This document shows positions 37,401 through 47,092 of a stretch of 64,000 nt of DNA, piece after piece; position 1 is the stretch's first letter; the number at the start of each line of letters is the position of its first letter. The notes under the pieces were generated by a model, which saw only the letters and a program-made list of their open reading frames with translations, was not told where the DNA came from and searched no databases. Location of the stretch: positions 28,306,912-28,370,911 of the forward strand of contig NC_092675.1 in NCBI RefSeq assembly GCF_964355755.1. The letters run 5' to 3'. The position numbers and the translations under genes are program-made. The stretch is from Antedon mediterranea (Eukaryota; Animalia; Echinodermata).

Positions 37401-40400
37401 TGGGCACATAATTTGTCACATAAAGTTTGATTTTGAGCTTTAAAAAATCATTGTGTTCTGATTTTTAGGATTTTTTGAGCTAAATCAACCTGGCAACGAC
37501 CGTATCAATTGTTTAGACGAACTTCTGCCTTACAATATACAGCATCTAGAAGCGTTTATGTGGGCGATTGATGAAGTCAACAAGAATATATCTATATTAC
37601 CAGATATTAACATAGGAGCCATAGCGTTTGATACATGTGGCCTTCCTGAAAAAGCTCGACGCGACGTGACAAACTTCGTCTCAAAGGCGGTTGAATATCG
37701 CTCAGGCTACCCCAAGGATAGCATACGAGTGACTGGAATTATTGGCGGAGAAACTAGTGATTCGTCCATCGAAATCGCAGACGTTATAACACCGTTAAAC
37801 ATTTCCCAGATAAGCTATGCTGCAACCAGTGAAGTTTTGAATGACGTAAACAAGTACCCGTATTTTATGCGCACCGTTTCTACAGATTCAGACCAGGCAC
37901 GCGCTTTGGTTGATATCATAACAAGCTTCGGTTGGACATACGTTTCTGTATTGTATTCTGATGACGAGTATGGTATAGATATGCTTCGTGAATTCAGTAA
38001 AATTGCTCAAAACTCCGACATATGCATCGCAATGAATCTGAAAATTCAGATAAATTCGACAATAAATGACTTTGACCAAAACGTGAAGACGCTGCTAACA
38101 AACAGGCAGTCAACGATTGCTGTTCTTTTGACGTCTGATATTGATACAAAGCAGATCCTTGATGCTGCACAACGTCAGGACGTCTCCAGCATTCAGTGGT
38201 TAGGAACCGAAACATGGGGATCAAGAGGTTATATTACACAGGCTGCTAGAAATACTTCTCAGCGTGCTATAACAATACAATTTCAAGAGACAGTCGCTAA
38301 AGGATTTAAAGAATACTATACTAATTTGAATCCTTATTATAATACTCGTAATCCATGGTTTAGTCAGTTTTGGATGGACAACTTCCAATGCAATCTAAAT
38401 TTGTGGAATGTAGAGAAAAAGTATGATAGTCAATGTCATTGGGATCTAAAACTTGAAGACGATTACGTGGAAGAAGCAGAAGTTACATACATTGCAAACG
38501 CTGTAAAGGCTTTTGCAATTGGACTTAATAAAACTATGCAAATAGTATGTCCTGACGTCACAAAGTAAGCAATTATTTTAAGTTGTTTTAAACAGTAATT
38601 TCAATGAATGAATGTAACATCATAACTTAACAATCTGTACTATTTTTTTAGCTATGTATGTCAGGCTGTTTACAACAATTCGAATTTGCTTAAAGAAAAC
38701 ATACGGTCTGCACAATTCATTGGATTCGGAGGAAAAGAATTCAGTTTCGACGCAGAAGGAAATGGGCCACCCAAGTATGATATTCTGAACTTTGTTGGCG
38801 ATGCCTATAATATGGTAAGATAAAAACCCGATTCTCTGTATCTCCACATATGACCATATTTGTCTAGTAGAATATCATAGGAAAATTCCGAAATACATCT
38901 CTTGTGTATCACATGTGGTGACGGTATCATGTAATGATAGGTTAGTGGTTAGGTTATGGTCTATGTTAGGCGATACATGTGAAACACATGTGATCCTATA
39001 TCATCGCATTTTCCTAATATACTAGACAAATTTAGATACAGTACCAAGTATCGGCTCTTTGATGAGAACGATGATTATAATGACAAACGAATATTAACCT
39101 ACATAGCAAAGTTGTAATCATTCTTTAAATAGTGTTTATAAATCTGACAACAAAATGCTACAATAGCATTCGAAATCAATAAAACAAAAAAAAATCGGAT
39201 ACCCTTAATTAAAGAGGACACTCTCCACTGTATATGTAAGTTTTAAAATGTATTTGTATTCAAAAATTTGTGATAGATTGGTTCATGGGTTAACGGTACG
39301 TTAACCTGGAATGGAACAGACTGGAAAACAGCAGTTGACAACGTAAAATCTGAATGTGTTGGACGATGCACGGAGTGTACAAGAGATGATGAAATTAAGG
39401 TAGCAAATGTATCGGGAGAGTTGCAGATTCCAGCTTTCTTCTCCATTCATGAGCATGCTAATTACAGTGATTGTGGAGCACTTCGTTATTCTGGTATAAT
39501 AAATCTAGAAGCATTTTTGTATGCGTTGGATGAAATTAACCACAGTGAAACTTTGCTTCCCGGTGTCAAACTCGGTACGAACGCGTTCGATACTTGTATG
39601 ACTAGTTCGCGAGCAGTGCGAGAAGCGTCATCTTTACTTGCAGGACTGCTAGACGTTGGAAGTAATGGTTGGTCATCTGTTGTGGGAATGGTGGGGTCTG
39701 AGACAGATGACATAACTAAAGGCTTAGCAGCAGTATCAAAAGAACATCAATATACACAAGTAAGTTTTTAGGAGAGATTTTTGAAAGAGATTAAAAGAGA
39801 TTTGTTTCTTCATTTTATGTGGAACTTATTGCGGCGTTGGTCTTGTTTAACGCAACACGAAGAAACTGGCTGCTGTTAAACTATTTTATCGTCCTTAAAG
39901 AAGAACTTATTTATACTAAATTAGTGTTATTACATTAGAAACTTTTTATTTTACTAGGTAAGCTATGGAGCATTCTCGAATTCCTTCAACGATTTAGATG
40001 AATACCCGTACCTTCTGCGAGCGTTACCGCCATCTTCTGTTTCAATACAAGTCATAGTGGACATCCTCAAGCTCAATAAATGGAATGGTGTCTTTGTGAT
40101 ATACTCAAATACAATGGAAAACAAAACAAGTAAGTAGCATTATGCAAACAAATAAAGAAGTTCTAGAATTAGGTTGATACGGTGGAAAATTCAATTTCCT
40201 TTTTATTTCATTTATAAAATAAGAAGATTCATTAATAAATAGGCTAGGTCTGCTGGGTACTTTTTTATTTAAAGTGTTTAAAAGTTTGAATTGAGTGAAT
40301 CAATGCAACGTTTGTCTGCCACATACAGTACATACAAATTGTTTATTGAATAATACCCAATTTTTCTTTGTAAAATAGATGTAAACGTATTTACTGAAAC

Positions 40401-43275
40401 TGCCGTAAAAGAGGAAATCTGTATTCAGCAACAGTTGATAGTTCCACGTAATGCAGAAGACAGCGAATATACTGAAATAATAAGTGAGATTGCCGGCGAC
40501 CCAGACTCACCAATAGTAGTGTTACTCTTTACAACGTTAACAGATACAAACAAACTACAGCTTGAAGCGACTAAATCAAAGCGTCACATGACATGGATTG
40601 AAGCAGGAGGTATCGGTAAGAAACCTCTAAAGAAAACTGATGTCAGTAGTGCCGTGTCTGGTAGTTTCTACGTGGCACCGACAGCACCTGGGTCAATCAA
40701 GCGTTTTACGGATTATTTCAATATTTTAGGAAAAAACAACAATCGTAATCCATGGTTCGAAGAGTACTTGGAACAAATTAATGGAGGGTGCGATCCTACT
40801 TCTGGAGTAGCATGTACATCGCCTGCTCAGCTCTCCCTGAACGATGCCGATCAATTAATGGTAGGGGCTATATTTGACAGTGTGTTCGCTATTGCGTACG
40901 GGATAGACTCATTGCTGAAGTCAACATGCAGTGGTGGTGATGGTTCTGGAATATGTGCAGAATTCCTCAATCTAACTCCTGACGACCTTTTCAAAGTAAT
41001 TCAAAAGGTAAATGGTAAAGGTATTACTGGTGGAGATTTGGCATTTACTACTGATGGGTATATGATGAGAGATTTTGATGTATATAACTATCAAGAAAAA
41101 GACGATGATTATTCGTTTGTCAATGTAAGTTTCATTAATTCAATTGTTTGTTGTAATAATATTTCTCTAGTAATCATAGGTAATGGGAAATAAAGAAGGG
41201 TCTAGGAAATATGTCCTTTCAAGCTCCCTCAACCTTACCCAACTTAGAGACATCTTAATTGATATCAACAAACATCTTTTTAACTACTACTTACGTCTAA
41301 ACTGTTCATTTATACTTTAAGTTGACAATATTTTAAACAAAGTAATCTACTAACGAAATGATCTTACGCTTTGTAGGTTGGAACATGGTCTAATAAGAAC
41401 AACTTGATCCTTGATTCTGTTGAGTTTTATGGTGATGACGGAAAGACAACCGAATCACTAACTTCAACGTGTAAAGAACGAGTTGTTACTACTGTAACAT
41501 ATCCACCAAAGATGACGACAGATGAATCCGAAAAGAGCCATAATAGTCAGAAACTCACGTCTGAAAAATCTGTAACGGGTAATTTATATTACGTCATCGT
41601 GTGTCTTTGTCTTGTGGGTATAGCGTTAACATTGGCAACAATGCTATATTTTTTCCTTAAGCGAAAGACCTCATTGGTGTCGAAATATTCCTACAGTCTA
41701 TGTACACTACATCTGATTTCAATCCTTTTCTTGTACATTCTGCCTCTTCTCTTTGGAATTGAAGCTTCTGATTCGGTATGTGCTGTACAACATTTTATTA
41801 TTGGACTGGCTTTCGCTGCACGCACAGCAAGTGCATTGTTGATGTCTATTCGGTTGTACCGCACCGGGAAGCACGAGAGAAGGATTTCTGGCGAGAAAAC
41901 AACCCACACAAACGATAGTAGTCAAACAATATTGTTCTGCTGCCTGATGTTAGTTGAGGTGATGTTGATTGTGGAGTGGGTCGTTATTGAACCTCTGGAG
42001 AAACTCTACGTTACCGGCTCAGACGAGACCTTAAAATGTTTTTACGACATGGATGCTCTGGCGATTTCTTTTATTTACATCTTCGTGATGTTGCTGGTGA
42101 CACTTGGTGTAACAATCTGGGCTAGGATGAAAGTGGATTTGGCATACCATCCCCAGATATTTGGTGTCATGATTTCGACTATCGGTAAGAACTTATTTCT
42201 TAAGTGTTCGGTACCAATAAACTGGTATTTGTATGTATATTGAATTAGATATTTGTCACAAAGACAGCCCATTTCACTTGTGGACACTGAGAAGACTCTG
42301 TTAGCAGACTGAAAGCTAGTACAAATTACATTTTATTTTAACTCACTCAATTTACGAAAAACTATTTTGTTGTTGCTATATTTAAGTGAAGTTACCAATT
42401 CATATATATTCATATCTATTGTTTTCCTTTATTTAAATTAAAACCCCACTTTCTTTTCCAGGAACAATGGTGACGTTCATCATATGGATTCTTGCAGCAA
42501 ATATGACCGACAAAGAAGAAGACATTCCAACTTTCATTAGCTTTGGTGCTATTGTCACAGCGACAATTACTCTTATAGTTATCTTCCCGCCAAAAATTGC
42601 TCATATTTACAAACGATATGATCCAAGGTTTGACGATACTGCCAGCATCCTTTCAAGAAGTTCCTCCGTTACTTCAAATGCAAATCGATACGTGGAACCT
42701 CGTAAGTGTTTTAAGTAAATGTACAGTTATCTTAAGCCCTGTCTACACTATCAAACTTTATAATGTGCACATATATGGACACGATGACATCATATGACTG
42801 CCATATTCGGACACGTACACTTCAAGCTAGTTTGATAGTATAGACAAAGCTTTACAGTAAATTACATACATTTATATTACGGGAGATAATATAACTATTG
42901 ATCGAAACAAGCTGTGCGACTGACTTTTCTCTCGGAGAACATGCGGTAATATTATGTTGCCTCTTCTTATAAATGTTGCTGATTTGCACAACTCAATATA
43001 ACACTATCAAAACAAATACACTCTGCTCTATTTCTAAATATGGACCGTTCTTTCTGTACCTGTGTTATAATGTTATTCTACTAACTTCTCAACCCACTGT
43101 GAACAATATAATGTTCGGCTACTGTACTTTACTTGCTAATTGTAATTAAATTGTTAAATATATGTCTGTTTTTCTTTTTGTAGGCAGCACTAGCGCATCA
43201 AACGTAGTTGTTGAAAACCCAGCTGCTCTTGGTGTTTTGGCTGAAGAAGAAAAGGAGGAAAACACTGGCGTATAA
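31420..43275 (+). CDS. Class C (glutamate-family) GPCR with four tandem Venus-flytrap domains plus 7TM, 17 exons, ~2252 aa
   Basis: Exons 31420-31684, 32182-32310, 32663-32820, 33230-34000, 34251-34403, 34686-35282, 35699-35939, 36064-36222, 36492-36977, 37469-38564, 38652-38814, 39277-39759, 39958-40129, 40379-41124, 41377-42184, 42462-42701, 43184-43275; all GT-AG, 6759 nt, one frame. Signal peptide MYRLIFHIGLLCWMVRQSHS. Four copies of the VFT motifs G(D/N/E)xxIGxxF, LPxIxIGxxAxDTC, xSYxAxS, YxxFxRTV, (RN)PWF. 7TM has the TM3 Cys (SVCAVQ), ECL2 Cys (LKC) and TM7 IFPPKI. Confidence 0.92.
31896..32131. repeat. Minisatellite, 5 x 47 bp, in the first coding intron of the GPCR
   Basis: AACGTAATGAATGATTGATTACTACAGTATAGATAGATCTGACGAGT at 31896, 31943, 31990, 32037 and 32084. 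Confidence 0.95.
33003..33166. mobile_element. Inverted-repeat (MITE-like) element in GPCR intron 3
   Basis: TCGTGAGGTGGTTTCCCGAATGAT..AAAATCAAAAC pairs with GTTTTGATTTT..ATCATTCGGGAAACCACCTCACGA (24-bp perfect outer arm). Confidence 0.75.
34415..34613. repeat. Two-copy ~100-bp tandem duplication in GPCR intron 5
   Basis: TTATTCGTTCAGAAGTAATT...ATGC.TAGTGCCTACACTACA..CACAATCGAGTGATTGCGAAC occurs twice. Confidence 0.85.
35433..35667. mobile_element. MITE family A copy with an internal 21-bp minisatellite (about 8 copies)
   Basis: (ATGCTCAAATATGGTAGTGAA)n at 35441-35603, followed by the family-A tail ATATGACATCATCATG...GATAGTGTAAGACAGAGCT. Confidence 0.9.
37310..37440. mobile_element. MITE family A copy in GPCR intron 9
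   Basis: TAA|AGCTCTGTCTAAACACTATAAAACTAGTTTGACAAAG...GTCACATAAAGTTTGAT..GAGCT|TTA. Confidence 0.85.
38827..39055. mobile_element. Inverted-repeat element, family D copy in GPCR intron 11
   Basis: CCGATTCTCTGTATCTCCACATA...GATACATGTGAAACACATGTGAT...AGATACAGTACCAAGTATCGG; shares blocks with 48898-49088 and 17830-17978. Confidence 0.7.
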
Positions 43276-44514
43276 AAAGTACGCTTAGTTTGCCTACTAC
43301 TGCGGTCGAACCATTCAATCTAGAAATATAAGTTTACGCGTTTGAACGTTTTGCTTATATCCATTCCTCTATATTTATCTTCTGTTTGGATTTTGTATTG
43401 TTTGAAATGGTGATGATTTCAGATATATTTTTTATAACTAAAACGTACTTATAAAGTATTTTGTATGATGATAAATTTCGGAGTTTCTAAAACTAAATAT
43501 GATAAGATATGATGATATTAGATAATTCGTATCATAAAGAATTTTAGTTTTTTAAACAGTTTTTCAAAGTAACGGAGAAGATCCGTTTTGTCGAATTGTG
43601 GAAGTAAAACAAATAATGGCAAGACTCGCTCCCACTAAATGTCAGAGTTTCTCCATTTAAAATATGTGGGAAAAGTCGACATCCTAAAAATATTAAAATA
43701 GATTATACCTTTCAAAATAATGAACGAGAAGAAAATAAATCGTTTTTATTATGAACGTAATTTGTAAACACGTATCTACGTCACTATGGTTTCAACTATG
43801 TGATGGATTAAATAGTTAACGTCTACTAATATAATTTTTACCGGTGAATGGGTTATAGAAAATATATTGTTTATATCTTTAAAAAATTATACTTAAGTAT
43901 AGGCCTACGGTACTTAAAGCATTCCTTACTACAGTACTTTCGAGCTAATACAATATTTTTGAAGTTTTATTATTGTAAATGCTTTATGTAAATTGTAAAC
44001 GTTTAATGTGCCTTGAGCATGACCTTTGGCGCATGACATTTGGTAGAGTTAATACATTATAATACATCGTTATTATTATAAATTTATATTATATGAAAAT
44101 CTTAAATTTTAACAATCATTATATAGCTATTATGATGGTGTAAATGTATTTTTTACGATTTTGTAACATAATGTTTTTTAGTAATGTATTTTGTCACTTT
44201 TACTACAGTTTTAGAATGGTTTCCTAATATGATAAATTGATTACATTTTATGTAGCGTCTGTACAGCAATTTCAACATAGTTGAGACAACTATTGTAAAA
44301 TATAACAACATATATAGTATGGTTTCTTGTACTTTTACTTAAGTGTTATTTGGTGTTAAACCATGACAAGTCGTTATATTGTCGATTAATTTCTCTATCC
44401 CTCTTTAATTATTATGCAACTATGGTATTGCATTATCTTCTTCTTTCGAGTGCTACACTATTACGTCATTTCATGACTGGTACGTCGACTAGCACATTTT
44501 TTAGTGGCAGCTTA

Positions 44515-44719
44515 AGCCTGTTTTCCTGTCGACGTTATTCGACGCTATCGTCGTTGATCGTAACAGTTCAACGACGATCGTTTGAAAACGATCAAGTTGG
44601 AATGATACCGATAGCGAGTACCTTTTCCTGTAAATCGTTAACATTTCAATGTTTACGTAGAAGATTGCCGATTATTGTTTACGATAGCGTCGACTAACGT
44701 CGACAGGAAAACAAAGGCT
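44515..44719. mobile_element. MITE family C (Harbinger-like, TTA TSD)
   Basis: TTA|AGCCTGTTTTCCTGTCGACGTTATTCGACGCTATCGT ... ACGATAGCGTCGACTAACGTCGACAGGAAAACAAAGGCT|TTA; ~36-bp TIR and an exact TTA duplication. Confidence 0.85.
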
Positions 44720-46651
44720 TTAGCGTTCGCTCTCTGGCATGAGTAAACGTATGACGTCATAACACTTCAAAACCAACTTTTATGGAAGTTGGAGAGGACC
44801 GAAATGTGGCTAATATTTGTAAAAACGTCTGAGCTATAGCTCAGGGATTTTTATAAACCACCCAACTTTTGCACTAGACTATAGCAAAATAATACAAATC
44901 GCGAATATAGATAAATGCGCGCATATTTATTGCGTTATCATTATTCTATGGCATCGCAGTACTAACTAAACTTTTAACGAATGAGAAGGTCGACATTTTC
45001 CCTTTCGTAAAAACTCCTGAGCTCAGAAATTTTCAAAATATCACCCAAAAAATGATGTTGTAAGTTTCAATATTATGAATATTCCTTAATATGCGCATGT
45101 ATTGCGTTAACATCTTTTATTGAAATATAAGACATGGAAACATAATAACGATAACATTGAAATGAGGAATTTACTACAAATATTGAAAAATACATATTTT
45201 ATTAACAAATTGACACAAAATCATAGGAACACAAAAAGAATATTATATGTATACCGATATGAAGACGACGGTATTAGTTCATTTTGTAGCAATAATTACA
45301 AATATGACAATCGTGTTTAAATAATGATTAATAAGAAATTAAATGGTTTATAATATTGAATAAAGTTTTTACACGTAAACTCGCACCTGTGTTGGGCTGG
45401 TTTGTTGAAATACGCGATGTACTGGATTCCTACTATTGAAATTCGACAGAGGGAAACTTTGTTAGCTGAGTCACTAATTCCTCGAAAATGTTTGAATTGT
45501 TACCAATGGTTGGCATCTAGAAACGTGGGTTCGAGTCCCACCTTAGACTTACTTGAGTAATTATGGTGTCAAAATATTGATAAAAATATCACCACAGAAT
45601 TTACCCAATGAAGCACAAACATCAATCTATCATTATGTACAATGTATTTCTTCTACAAAACATATTTTCCATACCATCTTCAAGTACTGGCCAGAGTTAG
45701 CCAAACATTCCAGCACCTTTGAGACTGTTTTGAAACACTTTCTAAAAGGAAACCCGTCCACTTTTAAATGAACTTTCTTCCATAACTCAACACACTTTGA
45801 CTTCTTTAACCAAGCACCAATTATTAATATCTTTATATTTGTTATATACCATTGTATAATTAATTAGTAAATATATTTCATGATTATGTTTGAGAAAACT
45901 ATTATATATCCACAATTATAATATTATACTATTAATTAAAAATTTATGCATTTTCAGGAATGCTGTTAGATTAGAGATTTACATTTAAACATATACAAAC
46001 TCGACACTCATTATACACGTTTATATACATATTTACATAAACAATTAGTGGAGTGTATTTACGAGGGAAGAGTTATCACATACTATACATGTAAATAAGG
46101 CAGATAATTATGAGATTTGTAACTTAGATTAAATATTAATAAACCTGTCTTAAACAAATTATTGATTTGAAACCAAGTTAAGATGATTTAACATCAAGAA
46201 AATCATGTTTTGTCAAAAACAATGTGTAACGTTATGTGTATATTGAAAACTAATCATACATGGTTTAATTAGGGAAGAGTGAATTACAATTTCACTCTTC
46301 CCTGATTGAATGCATAGTAATCAATCATTACATATTTAGTACAAAATAGCCCATTGTTACTTAGGTCAGTTATACTACACTATAAAAATAGATCAATATT
46401 CAATGTATTGACAAAATATAATATTCTACAAAAATTAGGTATTATAAATTTATTATAGAAACATAACAATTAAAAATAATATGATTATAATTTATTTATT
46501 TGAATTAATTGCATATTATATATCTAAATCTAATGATTAAAATATATATTTTTTAGATATAGTAATATTCCTTCTCATGCCGTTGCATTGTTTAGTAGAT
46601 CATACTTGGTAGTACAGACTAAAGAGAAACACCACAGACAAAGAAGCCTTA

Positions 46652-46849
46652 ACCGTGGTTCCCACTAGAACGCAACGTAGTGACGCATCGATGCAAAGTG
46701 CTGTATTGCGTAATCATAAGTGGGAACTGACGACGCAACAGTGCTGCAAACATCACAGGTTTGATTTCACGCAGGCGGGGGCAAACATAATTATTGGAAG
46801 GGCATTTTCTTACGTTTCGTAGGTTGCGTGTCTAGTAGGAACCAAGCTT
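46652..46849. mobile_element. MITE family B-related element
   Basis: GGTTCCCACTAGAACGCAAC ... GTTGCGTGTCTAGTAGGAACCAAGCT|TTA. Confidence 0.75.
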
Positions 46850-47092
46850 TAATAAAATTGTTAGCACCTTCACCACAGCCTACAACTACTTAATATCAAA
46901 ATGATTTATGTAAGCCTACATATAGTGTATGCTCCTTGGATTCCACCTTTCATCACCACTGTTCAACAGCCTATACCTTGCTCTGAATTGGTTAATAATA
47001 TTCACATCCTTTCTACTGCCTTTTACTGAAGGTACCTCGGATATTAGACACAACCCTGTTGCTCTTTCAATGACTTATCATGTTGCACATGT

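Noticed and set aside
31420-43275. Reading the locus as four tandem separate mGluR/CaSR-like genes
   Set aside because: Only one signal peptide and one 7TM; two of the three inter-VFT junctions are inside continuous exons with no stop.
45464-45545. tRNA-like B-box GGTTCGAGTCCC (weaker ones near 57065, and minus-strand near 3590, 57180 and 59440)
   Set aside because: No complete cloverleaf or acceptor stem can be built; at most decayed SINE heads.
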